In this document: positions 36,924-51,265 of the stretch, in pieces
Numbering within the stretch: the first letter of the stretch is position 1
Layout: the number at the start of each line of letters is the position of its first letter
Source of the DNA: Podarcis cretensis
Taxonomy: Eukaryota
NCBI GenBank assembly: GCA_951804945.1
Contig: OX638153.1
Span: forward strand, 45,136,001 to 45,200,000
Direction of reading: 5' to 3'
DNA length: 64,000 nt
Translations under genes and position numbers: made by a program
Notes under the pieces: generated by a model
The model's input: only the letters and a program-made list of their open reading frames with translations
Database searches by the model: none
What the model was told of the DNA's origin: nothing

Positions 36924-37580
36924 CAGAGGTTTTAAACCTTTTTGGGTCCACGGGTCCCTTGACCAGCTATATTTTTTATGCAGCACCCCTGTGGGGGCTC
37001 AGGAGCCCAGTTATGTCACCCCTTGCCTACAGAGCCAACAGCCCCTCATCACTTTTCAAACTCCCTCCCTTGTGGCATGTTCTCTCCTCTCCCCTCTCCT
37101 TGGGAGTCCTCCAGGCAGCTACTGCTGCCACCCCCTGGTCTCTGAGACCCCTGCTCAACAGAGAGGTGCCTCCTCACTGCCCCACAGGGGCCTGGGAAGC
37201 ACCCACTGGCCAGCCCCAGAGGCACCATTTGCCTGTGGAGCTTGTAGCCAGGGCTGCTGCAACAAACAGCCGCTCAAGCCTTTGGGAGGCAGAGACGCGA
37301 GTGGGCATCAGAGAGAGGGAAGAAAAGAGGGCTCGAAGCCAGTGTTACCTGTCATATGTGTAGTCCGGTGGACAGCTGCCACCCTAGATCAAGTAAAACA
37401 ATAGAAATATTTAACTAACTGACCAGTCACGCTGGTTCTGCCCTCCCTAACAAATGTCCTGCCCTCCCCCACAAAGTCCTGCCTCCCCTAACAATAAACC
37501 TGGCTACGCCCATGTTGCCCACGGCACCCCTGAACATCATTCACCCCAGCATGCCATGGCATACCAGTTGAAAATCACTT
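36924..37580. mobile_element. Non-autonomous hAT (Charlie-like) element, 8-bp TSD ttgtagtt
   Basis: Imperfect TIRs CAGAGGTTTTAAAC / GTTGAAAATCACTT. TSD copies at 36916-36923 and 37581-37588. Confidence 0.8.
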
Positions 37581-37627
37581 TTGTAGTTAATTCATTGATG
37601 TAGAATGCTTTGTGGTACCTGTAAATA

Positions 37628-37666
37628 GCATAACCTTTTCCTCTTTGTTTCGTTCCTTAGGTAAGT
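37628..37666 (+). other. Candidate recursive splice site (3' splice site immediately followed by a consensus 5' splice site)
   Basis: gcatAAc branch-like motif, then pyrimidine tract cttttcctctttgtttcgttcct, TAG (AG 37659-37660) and GTAAGT (37661-37666). It is in the sense orientation of CTBP2 and outside any recognised repeat. Confidence 0.55.
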
Positions 37667-38437
37667 CTTTGCTTTATTTAGAGATGTAAAGGCCTGGGGT
37701 AGGTGCAGAACAGGATCCATCCCAAATTTTTCCAGTTTTCCCCTCAGGCCTTCGTATCTGTAGCTTTATTTAAGTAATAAAACTCTTTCAGCAGCATTAT
37801 GGGAAGTACCTATTTTTTTCCTCTCTCTGTCTCTCTCAAGAGTTTGTGGGTGTGCTTAGGTGTGGGTGTGGGTGTATGCATGAACCAGAATTGGCCTATT
37901 CTCCACTTAATGATGAAAAAACATAATGTTTTTTTAAATAACCACCTTGTACTTTTTATTTTATAAGGTAATTAAAAATAACTATTTTCTTTCATAATGT
38001 GTGATTTCTGATACTCCACATGCTGGATGCATAACTTACATATCCATCTACCCTTATGTTCTGGTTTCTTCCTTTCCCCTTCCTCAAGTTTCTTATGCAA
38101 GTTGCAAGTTTACTAGGTGTATATCTTAGCAATAGATTCTGTAAAAATAGAAATAGTCTGCTTCATCTCAGCTAGGAGGAAGAGTCATATAGCTGGAGAA
38201 ATGATAGATTTCGACCACAACTCAATGATGTATGAAAAACGTAAGCATTTATTCTACTAGTAAAATGTTCCATGTGTGTTATGAAAGATATTGGAAGTAG
38301 ATTCTCTTGTATTCACATGTCCCTTCTATGCCTGATTTAGATCACAACAACCCAAAAAATAAAAATAGTGCAACTATGCTGTGCTACAACTTACTGCTAT
38401 AACATGTGATGAGGCAACACATTAGAGGACCAGTATA

Positions 38438-38668
38438 CAGTGGTACTTCTGGTTAAGAACTTAATTCGTTCTGGAGATCCATTCTTAACCTGAAACTGTT
38501 CTTAACCTGAAACACCACTTTAGCTAGTGGGGCCTCCTGCTGCCACCGCGCAATTTCTGTTCTCATCCTGAGGTAAAGTTCTTAACCCGAGGTACTACTT
38601 CCGGGTTAGTGGAGTCTGTAACCTGAAGCGTTTGTAACTCGAAGCGTTTGTAACCCGAGGTACCACTG
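38438..38668. mobile_element. Tc1/mariner-type MITE, same family as 34645-34861
   Basis: TA-CAGTGGTACTTCTGGTTA...TAACCCGAGGTACCACTG-TA; internal sequence collinear with the 34645 copy. Confidence 0.9.
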
Positions 38669-40138
38669 TAATAAGAAACTTTATTGCTTCTACTTGTATT
38701 GAAAAGAGGTGTCAAGTGGCCATCACAAAGCAAAAAATCTGGTTTATCATATATATGAAGACAAAACTGGTTTGAGACACTGAAATTATGTGCTGTATGT
38801 TTGACAGCAAGTAACATGCTATTGCTTTTGAGGCCAACTTTTCAGGATTTGTTGTGAGCAAAATACTTTTTCTCATTTCTTAAAGAAATTCTCTTTTTAG
38901 TAGCCACATACAGTTTTAATTATATGCCCTTCTGTAAAAATGTTAAAAACAAGAAAAAGACACAGCATTTCAGACACCAAGGCTGGATCTGGACACATCA
39001 AAGAAGCGTTTCAGTTCAAAGCATTGTAAATTTAAACAGGGAAAACAGGTAGAGAAAACGGGACTCCATGTCACCATCTGGTGGCACAATGTTATATCGC
39101 ACCTACAACACATATGAAGAGCTTTTTCTTTACCAGTCTTGCTGAGTCCCAAGTAAGAAGCTGTTGGCCAATGGAGTGTTTCTTTTTATTGGATGCATTT
39201 TTACATCAGCTACTGCAAGTCTACACAGAGTATTGTTACAAGCAGCAGAAAATGAACAAAAGTGGGCAACCTCTATCATCAGGTCAGCAAAAACATTGAT
39301 AGAAAAAATAATGCCTTTTGATTGTGTGTGTATGTTCAGATACATATAGCAAAGAATTGAAGCACGTTGCTATTTGCTAACTGAACCTTTGACAGACTCA
39401 TTTAAGTGGTCTCTTCTTCCCAAGGTTCCCCTCAAGAGCTTCTTTCTTTCAGCTAATGACAAAATAGATTGAAACACCACAGGAAATAATTTCTAAAATC
39501 CTGTGCTTTGAGCCTTTAGGCAGTTTTTCGGTTGTTGGAAACATTTAGGAAGTTTCTATGAATGTTGGAGCCTTCCCTTCTAAACAAGGAAATGAATAAA
39601 ATTTGCAGAATGGCTGCAGCTGTGCTACTTGCTGAGAGCACTGAAATGGGCTTAGTGATTATGACCAGTTCATTGGGGCTTTTCGTATCATAGCCTGACT
39701 CCAGAAGTGGGAAGGCTCTGGATAAAAGGCATCCTAAGGCCTTTTGAAAATTATAACTTTCCTGTGGGCATAATGTTGTCTTCTTCCTGTCTGTATTCCT
39801 GGCACATCTTGTAGAAAGGTTAGTTTCTGTGATGCATTTGGTTTGCAGACTGGGCTGATGTGGAACTCAAATTATGTATAAATTGCATAAAACAGTATTG
39901 CATCATTTATCTCTTCATTGAAAGAGCTGTATCACGTTGACACATAGCAAAATGCCCTTTGTTCAAACTATTGGTGGATGCATATGTGTCAGCATTTATC
40001 AGAAATGTATATTAAGAGTGAAAAAAAATCTGGTACTTGGACTAAATGATTCTCTGTGAGGTAGGTTTTCATGTCTCTCCCTCAATCTCCCATTCATAGA
40101 TAGATAGATACAGATATAATTCTTGCTAAATGTAATTA

Positions 40139-40380
40139 CAGTGGTGCCTTGGTTCTCAAATGGCCTAGTTGTCAAACAAATCGGCTCCCGAATGCCACAA
40201 ACCCAGACGTAAGTGTTCCGGTTTGTGAACGTTTTTCGGAAGCCGAACGTCCAACATGGCTTCTGTTTAAGTGCTGGGAGCTCCTGCAGCCAATCGGAAG
40301 CCATGCCTTGGTTTTTGAATGGTTTTGGGAGTCGAATGGACTCCTGGGACAGATTAAATTGGAGAACCAAGGTACCACTG
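40139..40380. mobile_element. Tc1/mariner-type MITE related to 6650-6872
   Basis: TA-CAGTGGTGCCTTGGTTCTC...GAGAACCAAGGTACCACTG-TA; shares the ctcctgcagccaatc internal motif. Confidence 0.88.
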
Positions 40381-43300
40381 TAATATTATACTATAAGTCT
40401 CCCTGTTTAACCAAGTATTGTAGAGGAACTACTGCTTATGAGCCGTTTTAGATTACAGTTCGGATACCCAACTTCAAATTACATGTCTTATGGTCATCAA
40501 TATGAAGGTCATATAAAAACCAGTTTCCTCTTCCAAATGTATATGCATGGAGGATTGGGAAAATATTATGCTTCTACTCACATATATTTGGAAACATACA
40601 TGCCACAATTGACACATGAAGGACTAGCTCAAGCTGTATCACTATGTTAAGTGAAAGTATGCTCCCTCCACACATCTTTTTAATGCTGAGGTTGTGGAGG
40701 GGATAGCACTGTGTTTCCTCCTCTAGAGTTTACTTGACAGCAGGTCCTTTCCCCATTTTTTAAATGAAGGAAGCAAGATAGGGAGACACAGTTGGAAAAC
40801 AGCAGATAATGGTTCATCCATGTCTCTTTCCAAGGCTTCCACTTGAATTTTCCACTGTATTCTAGCACTTCTTAAATCCCAAGTGGTAGGGTTGTGACAG
40901 CCCATGTGCACTTGCTCCTTTACAACTGATTGAAGGTGCATGCAATTTATTTGGGAATCTTAATGTGCACACAAGATGCTTCATAAAAAGTGGGCCTCCG
41001 ACTCTGGATAAAATATGTTTGTGTGCTTAAACTTTCATGTACATATAGTCTATATATTTTCCCCAGTTCTATTCTCTGATCATGTTTCTGCCTCTCCGTT
41101 TGTGTTGCAAGCTTAGAATGACTGAAATTTAGTTTAGCCATGTGTGCATGTGTTAATTGAGAGTAACCTTAGGGTATATGGCTAGAGTTCTTAGGTTGAT
41201 AGGTGATGGATTTTATTAGGGCAATAAAATATAGAAAACCATTAAGGGAAAATGGCTTACTACATCAGCGTAGTTCCACATGATTTATATCTTCATAACC
41301 TTAGGCACATCTGAAATATTTTCATCTGCTTCAGTATACATTATTAGATAAATCTATAGTGTGGTCTCACCTACATCAGAATTGACTTTCATTTTCTGTG
41401 AGTGTAAAAGACAGCAGGGGTGAAAATCAAAGATTTTATTGTCATTACATTTTAGCATTTTAAACTGTAGCTAATCTATTATTACCCTTTCGGAAGCAGC
41501 AGCAGCAGCAATTACACAAACAATGCCATTTAGCAATAATGAGAGTTAAGAGGTAACTACCGTACACACCTGAGAATATTTGTACTCCATTTAAGACCGG
41601 TATCAACTTGTGCCAAAACCACAAGGTTAGTAGCTCAAGACACAACATATTTATTCACCTTTTTATGTCTATTTGTATACTTTTTAGTAGAGCTTTTGAC
41701 CGTGTAGTTGTTTTGTTTCCAACTTTCAGTCCTGCATGCAGGATTTATTTACAAGTGACACAAAGCCATTCCATTGCATGAAATATTCCTGAAAGGGATT
41801 TAATCTGAATTGTGTCTATATGATTGGCACTATCTGACATCTGTTGATGTGAATTTCATATATACAGATGAAAAAGGGAAACCGGGTGTGCAGTGCTGCA
41901 AAGGACTGTCAGTATCTTAGCCTGAAGACCTAGGCTTATTTTGTTATAGGCTGATAACTGGTAACTGATTCACATTTCCCATGCTCAAACACTACACGGG
42001 AAACCTAACCTGCATAGCTTATGGAAGATGTAGACAATTCCATAAGTGAAAAACTGAGAAATATAATTTCAGAAAAGTAATCATTTTAAGAGGAATTGTT
42101 CTGAAGAGTGTGATACTATCAGATCATCAGAAAAGTGAAGAGAGCATAACGATAGCTGGCTTTTTGTGTAATTGTGTAGCTCAAAGACTACAGGTCACCC
42201 AAGATGCAGGGTCCCGTCCCCCCCCATTGGCCTATGAACTACCAGCAGTAGTAATGTATAGTAATATAAACTAATCCTATGTTGTACTGGAATGTAAATT
42301 TTCAGTAAGTACTGTGTATGGAAAATCCAACCCTAATAATGGTTTCAGTGGACTGAGAGAGAGGAAATGGGCAACAGGGAATAGCATATTTTGTTAGATT
42401 GATGGTGGTTGTGCTGAACTGTGGTAGTTAAGAAATTTATTTATGGCTGAGGTCGCATTGCTATCAAAGAACATAACTTTATAAAATTCTAAGAATATAT
42501 TAATAAATACAATCCAGTGGCCCTGGAATTTAAGACCCTTAGAGATCAATGGACTTGTTTTTAAAGTCAATTGTTTTCAAGGGGTCTTCCCCACCCAGGG
42601 GCTTCCCTAGTAAAACGTTGCCAGCATTCCCTATGCCTTTTCTAACTGAGAGAAAGTCCCTACAGAATCTATGGTACATATGGGATTGCAGTTTCAGTTA
42701 TCATGACAGTAACACTGGGCCACATAATTTTGTGTCAGGAAAGGTGAAAAGCATGGGATACTGATGACAGAAACTTTCAGGTTTCTCATCTTGAGCTTGT
42801 TGTAGTGCTTTGGAAGTTGGCATTATGTCTGGACATGGAAAGCAAGGAGGCAAGGCTCGGGGGGAAAGGCCAAAAGTCACTCTTCCCTTGTTGGGCTTCA
42901 GTTCCCCATGAGTTGTTCGCATTGTCTCCTGAGCAAAGGGAACAGTGCCAAGCTTGTCGGAGCTGGTGTGCCCGGGCAGTGGGAGAACATATTTAAACTA
43001 GTGCTCTAGCCCTATGACAAACCTGTAAAAATCCTGTTTCCTGCACTGGTTCCAGTGGTTGTCAATATTGACAACAGAATCTCTGTAAAAGGTACAGGTA
43101 ATGGCTGTCATTATAATTCCAGGAACTGGTTACAACCCTGCGTCTAAATACTGCAGCCAGAAATTATCTTTGCACATATATACATCTCAATTAATGTGAG
43201 TACTGTGGTACATTCTGTCTTTGCCCTTGTGGATATAGTTGGGATCTGCCTGTCAGCAACAGTAATTTTTATCTTGTTTAAAAATATTCCTTTGTCACAC

Positions 43301-44540
43301 ACAAACAGCACTTAAAATAATCTCCACCTGGGAGAGGCACTTTTTGCAAATAATAATTTGTTGCAAACTGCATTATCTGTTTTGCTAGGCCCTGTTCCCC
43401 TCCCACCCCTCATTGAACTAATCCTACACAATGCAGCACCACAGTTCTATTTAAGACAAAATCTAATTTTCTTTGATGGCACATTAAGATAATGCCTGTC
43501 AAGGATATTTTAAAGCTGTGCTATAGAGAAAGATTGTAGTCCTGTACTCAGTTACTGACACTTAATTCCCACTGCTTTCAGAGGGATTTAAATGTGTGGG
43601 ACTGAGTGCAAGATTACTGGCTAAGATGCAAAACACAGATAATCTTCAGTAACTGTTTCTCTTGGGCTTCTGGAAGTGCAAGAACTGTACTTTACATTTC
43701 TGCTGAAGTTTATAGGCTGAGTCTGTCCAAACCCATCCATGCATATGAGACACCGAGTTGCAGTGCCATGTTCTCAGTTTTGGTTGAGATTTGAGAACCC
43801 ATTCATTCATACATTCTTGTTCACGGCAGTGCACCCAAACCTGCAATTCCAAATACCCATGAATTGTATTAACAAAGATGAAAAAAATACTATCAGCAAA
43901 TACTTATTAAAATTAAAGATGCTACAGTGTTATCCTGGTGTGTTTCTTTAGAAGCTTAGCTGACACGTGTGTTTATTTCCTGATCATCAGAATTAATACT
44001 TGGTAGCCTGTGGACATTGAATAAGCCTCCCTGCAAATTATTACATACAAATTAGGATGAATTAGGCCATGTGAAAATGACCTTGATCTTATTTTATTTG
44101 TTAAATTTGTATGCCACCCTATACCTGTAGATCTCGAGGACCTGTAGATCTCAAGATTAGCAGCTTTCGGGGGGGCATCAGCCTCTTACCTTGAGCAGCC
44201 TTTAAGCGGGGGTGGGGGGAACTATTTGAGACTAAAGTATACAGTCTAGTTGTGAATTTACCGTTGACCATTCTGATTTAAGCTACTGGGGAGTATGTGT
44301 TTGGGACTTAACTCACAAATAATTCCATACAACACTACCAAACTCAGCCATCATCACAGCACAAAGCAATCCTTTTGGAGCATTGCCTTATTTTCGTGTC
44401 CAGTATATTGGATTAAGCAACAGGTAAATAGCCATGTCCTAAAGCAAAACCAATCAGTATATAAGTCTTGAAAGTGGTTGGCTATCAGTTGAGGAGAAAA
44501 ATTGGTCTGATTTGCAAAGAAAAAGGGAATGCTATAAGTA

Positions 44541-44908
44541 AGGTAAAGGTAAAGATACCCCTGCCCGTACGGGCCAGTCTTGACAGACTCTGGGGTTGTG
44601 CGCCCATCTCACTTAAGAGGCCAGGGGCCAGCGCTGTCCGGGGACACTTCCGGGTCACGTGGCCAGCGTGACAAAGCTGCATCTGGCGAGCCAGAGCTGC
44701 ACACGGAAACGCTGTTTACCTTCCCGCTGGTAAGCGGTCCCTATTTATCTACTTGCACCCGGAGGTGCTTTCGAACTGCTAGGTTGGCAGGCGCTGGGAC
44801 CGAGCAGCGGGAGCGCACCCCGCCGCAGGGATTCGAACCGCCGACCTTTCAATCGGCAAGTCCTAGGCGCTGAGGCTTTAACCCACAGCGCCACCTGCGT
44901 CCCACACC
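44541..44908 (-). mobile_element. Full-length Sauria SINE (second subfamily), 11-bp TSD tgctataagta
   Basis: Reverse-complement tail aggtaaaggtaaag and tRNA-like head at the right end. TSD copies at 44530-44540 and 44909-44919. Confidence 0.95.
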
Positions 44909-47900
44909 TGCTATAAGTAGATGACGCTAAAATGGACATTGTCGGAGCTTAAAATAATCTTCTAGCTGGCAGCAGATATTAAGTTCCAAGGGTTCTGTGT
45001 GACTGCACACTGGACTACATGTTTTAAAATTGTACTCTACTTCTCTTTGTGCCTTTGCTTGTTTCCTCGATTGGTTTACATTCATGCTGTTTGGTTTGCA
45101 CTGAAACAAAGCTGTTGGTGGAAAGTGTTCATTTTATACCACTTTGGGTGGAGAAGATTTTTTATAGCATGTTAAATAAAACAAACATAGACAGTTCCAT
45201 ATTGCCTTCAGCTATGTTAATGGGGGGCATTATAGTGTATTCACAGTTTTTTACCACAAGCTGAGAAGCTATGCTTGATTTTCCCTCTTCCCCCTACTCC
45301 CACCAGCAAACCAGAATCGGTTTTTATTATTGGGGAGAAATAATTAAGTTCTAGCTTCAAGCATATTGGTTGGATCCAGAGAAAAGGCTGTAGAAGTGGA
45401 TTGGCAGAAGCTGACTTTCCTGTTCCCTCCTGAACCTGACAGCTCCCCCCCCCCCCAAAAAAAAGAACTTCTTCCAAGGTTCAGAGGGCACTTACTGAAT
45501 GCAATAGGCCTGTTGCACAGGAGGCTGAGTGGGAAAGGGCACTTCCAGAAAGATGTGAACATAGCTTCCACTCGTGGGAGTTGCCTTCAATTTTCAGCCT
45601 GACCCATTCAGCAGGGTCCTTTGGCCCTAGGGAGAGGAAGTTCTGGTGAAGGAAAGTCATCTTCCACAAGTCTTCTTCTGCAGGCTTTTCTCTGGATCGA
45701 ATCCATCACGATGAGGCTGAAATCTTAGCTGCAGCCAACATTATTTTCCTTTTTAATGAATAAAGGAGAAGGAGAAATTGCGGGTTGTTAAATCTTTGGT
45801 ACCATTTTTTTTAACCAGGGCAATTTGATATTCTGTTTGTTGCCTCTTCTCTGCCTTCCGAGCATTCAGACCACAAAAAAAACTTCTCTTCCTTTAACGA
45901 CTCCGAAGGTGAGCAACAGTCCAGCAAGCACAAGATGGTTTCTCCCCCACTTCCAATACTGAAACATAATGAAAGAAGCCACACCTGTGGAACTTCGGTC
46001 TAATCATTAGCTATGTGGAAAACCCATTCCTCTTTCTCCCCCTCTCTTCCTGTCTTGCCCTACTTCATCAAGCCAACATCTGCCTTATGGTTGCCATTTT
46101 TGCACATTGTTACTCTTCAGATGTTTGGCAGATTGAATAAAATTTGGCCATGGAATGGTTTAATGTTAATACTAATCTGGTGCTGCTATTAGCCATATGG
46201 ATGTAAGGATCATGAGATCATGTCTGCTTCAAATTATACTCCATTTATTATTCCTTTATTATTGTTGTTATGTTAGAGTAGAATTTGCTGGGAAAGCTAT
46301 TATCAGCTTCTTGAACTGCTGAAAATTGTTTCTCTTATCTTTATATATGTCAAAAAGACCACATGCAGTTGGAACCAATTCCTTTCTGGTTTTAACCAAC
46401 AGAACCACTCAATCTAGGTCAGACTAAATGTCATAACACGACAAATATGTCCTGCATTTAAGCTATAATCCTAGGTACAATTAGGTAGTTAAAATCTTAT
46501 TGAAACAAAGAGATGCAGATAATGGAACTGGGCATACTATTAGAACCCTATATATTTTTTCCTACTATGGTGAGATTAAGTGAGGGATTCCGAATTTTCG
46601 CTATGCTGTTATAAAGCCTACTATTATTATCTTACAGATAAACAATAGTATAGAATAGCGATTTTACAATCCATTGGATTCAGCTTACTCAAAACACACT
46701 TAAAGATTGACTTGAGGGAGCTACATTCAATAGAACATCCAAACTCCTTCAGAATAAACTGCACAAGCAGATAACGTGTAGGTTAGTCTTATTTCCCCTT
46801 TTTCTGATCCTCCTATCTGAAAAGAATATCACAGGCAGATGCAGTTTGGGGATTCAAAATGCTGTGCTGGGTTTCCTGTTCTTCATATGGCTTCCTTAGT
46901 TCCACCTCACTATCCCTATGACACTGTGGGCCACAGGATCCTTACTAATATTTTCTACCACTTCTTGTGCAGGGGGGCGAGGTCTGCCCTCTTGAATATT
47001 CCCACTTTGCTCTGCCTTACATTGGACCTCAAACATGACCATCTCAGTGGAGTCATTGGATAGAGAGGGCAGCAACCACACATACAGCCCCCGTACAGCT
47101 GCTTTTCCTTCCTCTCCCTCACACATCTTCCTTTCTTCCTGACAGCTCCTTGTGCCACCCCCACCCCTTAAGTGTTCTCTCCTTCCCACCCTGGGAATAT
47201 CTAGTAAACTAAAGTCATGTGATATAGTTGCAATGCATGTTTACACTTCCTATGCCACGCTTTTTCATTGACTGTCTTTATGAGGTGGGGAAAACTTGCA
47301 ACACAGTTACATCATAACTGTCCCCTTTCATGTTAACCACATAAAGTGGGCTCCATGATCTTGAAACATTGCATGTGAATTTCTGGAAAGGGGGGGGGGG
47401 AGACGAAAAAGAAAAAAATTAGATAAAACTAACCATAAAATCAAATAGCTTACTTAAAATGCTTGCTGAGGGAAAAGCTCTTTGATATGTTTTGCTAGTT
47501 TGAAAAATACACTTTCCCTAGTTTCTAATCCTGCTTTGCAGAGTTTGTACAGACCATACTTTGCTCATTCAGACAAATACAGCAAACTATGGTTTGCTAC
47601 TAAGTGGGAAAGAGTTGGTGTATCACAAACAGGATTGTGGTGTGGGAGGGGTGGGGAGGCAGGAAGCACACCTGAGGATCCTTAAAGGCTCACAAATTGA
47701 ACTAGGGCAGTGTCTATCCCATGTTCTGTTGTAACCAATTATGTTAGTGGAGCCTAATTTTCAAAAGGAGTAATGGGACTTTGAAATCCTAGGGCTATTC
47801 AACCAGACCAGATGATCTAGCTGTTACAGATAGACCAGGAATCTGACCTCACTTTAAGGCTTAGTTTAATCTATAGTTTACATTTAGAACATACTCTAAA

Positions 47901-50419
47901 GACTAAAATGAAAAATGAATCTGAGTCTACAATTTGTTCTCCAGAAGAAGACTCCCAAGAGAGTTCTCTTTCAATTGCCTCTGATGATTTTTATATTGAA
48001 GCACATTGAACCTTGTGTTTTTTATTCTCCTGGAATAAACTTTTCCTCTCAGCGCCATCCTGAGCCTCACATCTCAACCCCCCCCCCTTCTCTTAGGTTT
48101 TTCTTTTGTTCACTCTCTCCCCTCTTATCTTTTTTCATCTTCTAACACAGCAACATGCAAGTTTATGGTTAATGTTTTTGTTAATGGCCCCTCATGAAAA
48201 GGTGCATTTCCACAAGCATCTGGTGTTTTGCTAAATGAAAGTTCTCTTCTACCTGTACATATTGCTCAGGAACTGGAGGATCAAAGAATGCCACTTTAGA
48301 CTTTCAGAAGCTAAATCTGTGTGTATTGGTGATCTTCCCTAGTCAAGCAGATTGTCAGTTTTGCTTTCTGTTCTGGAAATGCAGTAAGTAGACATGGTCC
48401 TTTAAATTAATTCTTTCTCCTAATGTTTGATTTTTCTCTTGAAACCAATTCTTCAGTGGCTAGAATGAATTATAAGAAATGTCATGACATTTGATGCTGA
48501 AATAGTTTTAAAATCTGTAGCGCATGATACATGTTTAATTATATTCCTCCAGTGACAGAAAACGAAACATGAGGAAATCATTTCCCCAAAATCTAAAAGT
48601 ATTTGGATCCAATATTTTGCTTCATTCTTCTCTCTCCTATATTCTACCCATCAAATAGGACTCAAAGGACAGAAGTTTATAAATAGTAGGACCTTGGAAT
48701 CCCAAATTTGAGGGGAATATCCCAGTGTTGGATATGTCCAAAGCGAACCAAACTCTGAGGTTTCAATTCCTTAGAAAGGTGTATTTTAGTCCAGGATGAC
48801 ACATTTGTTAATAAATCTCTCCCAAGTTTTCCATAAATGGGAAATGCCATGCAGATTGGGAGTAGGAGAAGCGGGGGAGTGTAATTCTGTGGTGGATAAC
48901 TCTTAAGCTTCCAAAGATCTTCTGATGTTTAGTGGACTATGTCTGTCTTCTGATAGCAGAAGAAAAAAATACATAGTCAATGGGTTACTCAAATTTAATT
49001 AATTAATTTCTAACCTCACTTTTTTGCTTCAAGAGAAGTTGTGTTCATGTCAAACCAAAGCTAAAGTTCAACCAAGGCTGTTTCCATTCATTCTAACACA
49101 GAACATTGCTCTAGGACGGTCATCCCTTCCCATCAGTTATCACTAGAGTGGGGAGCGGGGAGGAACTGTCTTTTTGAGGAGGAAGTGGTCCTGAGGTGGA
49201 CAGTTCCAGAGTCTGAAATAAGCAGGATCAAAGCATGAGGAGAGGAGAAAGGGACTGGAGAGAGGCTGGAGGGCCTGCCATGAAGATGACCTGTGGTCAG
49301 TATCCAGCCCATGAGACAGAGGTTCCCACTTTTGCATTAGATTGTAGCTTCATTCTTTTGCATTAGATCCTTCCCATCATACTCAGTTGACTGCTAGCAA
49401 CTGGACAGCCAGTTGTATAGCTCTGCATTCCTTACTCTCTTCTCCCCAAAACAGCAGTTCATTTCATTGTGCCAGGGCAGACAGGGAGGACAATACGCCT
49501 TCTATTCACAATACTTGATCATCAATTGCCTGGTGTCTTAGCTCCACTTAGTATTAGATGCTCAAAGCAGTTTGCATGCATTATCTCAATAATCCTTAAA
49601 ACAAACTGGTGAGCTATCTAGCATTATTAGCCTATGCTGCAGATGAATTTATAAAACTTTGGTTCCATAAACCAGATGTGGTGAATATTTACACAGCTAA
49701 AAGCTGTGGCATGCATTTTATTTATCTTGGTGGGTTTCATTTGTTAAGTTCATGGAATTAGCAAGGGTTCCCTCTGCTGATCATCCATGTTCTTTGTGAT
49801 GCCTGAAATAAATGGAAATGTCACTCGGCTACAGTGGGAAAGCACAAAAAGTGGTCTTCTCTGCATTTCTGCGTTCCTCTAGTTGAAAGTATTATGAAAA
49901 CGTTCAGCTTTCAAAATGTTCTTTTTGACATGTCAATCCAGCACATATACCATTATTTCCATTTCACAGAAGGAAACTGATGTTAAAAAATAGCGAGTAC
50001 TGATATAGCTAAGTTGGCATATATTAAACATTTATTTATTTTTTAGTTCAGCAATGGATCATACTGTCTCTGGTAGTAGCATTCCCATTCCAAAAATTAA
50101 TTTGTTGAGTTTAGGAACTGTTTATGTGAATATTGTTCTGGATCAGCAACTCCGTAGATGGTTATTGACCTTTCTCTTCTCTCTCGTGTTGAGAACAGCA
50201 GGGAGTTGGATGTGGCACCACTAAAGGCTGGATCAGCAGCATTGTTCGTGGTTATAGCCACTGTGGATTTAAATCAGCATTTAGTAATTATTCTTTGTAC
50301 TGCTCTTTGCTTGTTTGATGGCTTGGTATTTCCTTAGTTGTTGTTAATTTACCTATCCTAGCTAATAAATAATAAGCATTCCTTAGAGGTTTATGTGCAT
50401 GGATCTGTGTGTGTATTTG

Positions 50420-51265
50420 CTTGTTTATTTATTTGCTTTAACATTTTATTACTCCGCTCATTTTCCCAGAAGAGATCCCAAAACAATGTCCAATAAAATA
50501 ACAATACCAAAACCATTAAGGCATTAAAAGCAAAACAAATAACAATTATGCATTAAAAATAAAGCTCAGAAAGTATTTTAAAAACCTGACAAAGCAGGGG
50601 CAGATAGGAAAGTTTTCACCCAGTGCCAAATCGGAGAGCATCATTTCTAGGGAGAAAGTTCCAGATTAACAGTTCCATAACCAAAAAGGCTCCATAACCA
50701 AAAACCAAATAATCCTTAGTTGTTACCCACCTTATTTCTACAGGACATCTGGGGAAATTGCTGTATCATAATATAAATTCAGGTTCACGTGGGAAGATGA
50801 AGCTGTACAACTTCCTGTGTTAGAAGCTGCATGTTGAATTGTTCTTGAAAGGGATTGGGAACTTGTGTTGCTCTTTAAAAACTGGTGTCATGTATCCCAT
50901 ATTCCCAAACTCATTTGGCAATCTAGCCGCTGTGTTTTACACCAAATTCAGTTTCCAAATTTCTTTCAGTGACAGCTCCATGTGCAATACATGTCATCCG
51001 AAAGGGATATTACAAGAGACTGTGCCACTGTGGAGAGAGGCCATCTCTGTCCAGGAGGGTCACTGTCAATGTTCCAGCTTAAGCTGATGTACATAAAGAG
51101 CTTGAGCAATTAATGTCAACGCTGAATCTGATAGCATATCAAAACTGCAAAGCAGGTCTTTCAGAGGTAGTACATACCTGTTCAGAACAGGTTGGACACT
51201 ATAACTCAAGTCAGAACAACCCACCAACAATATATCCATCTTGCCTGGATTGAGCTTCAGTTTAT
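50420..51265 (-). mobile_element. Old, degenerate L2 fragment (RT C-terminal part + 3' UTR)
   Basis: Minus strand near 51222-51264 reads KLKLNPGKMDILLV, matching RLRLNPDKTELLFL of the intact element. AT-rich tail at the left end. Confidence 0.75.
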
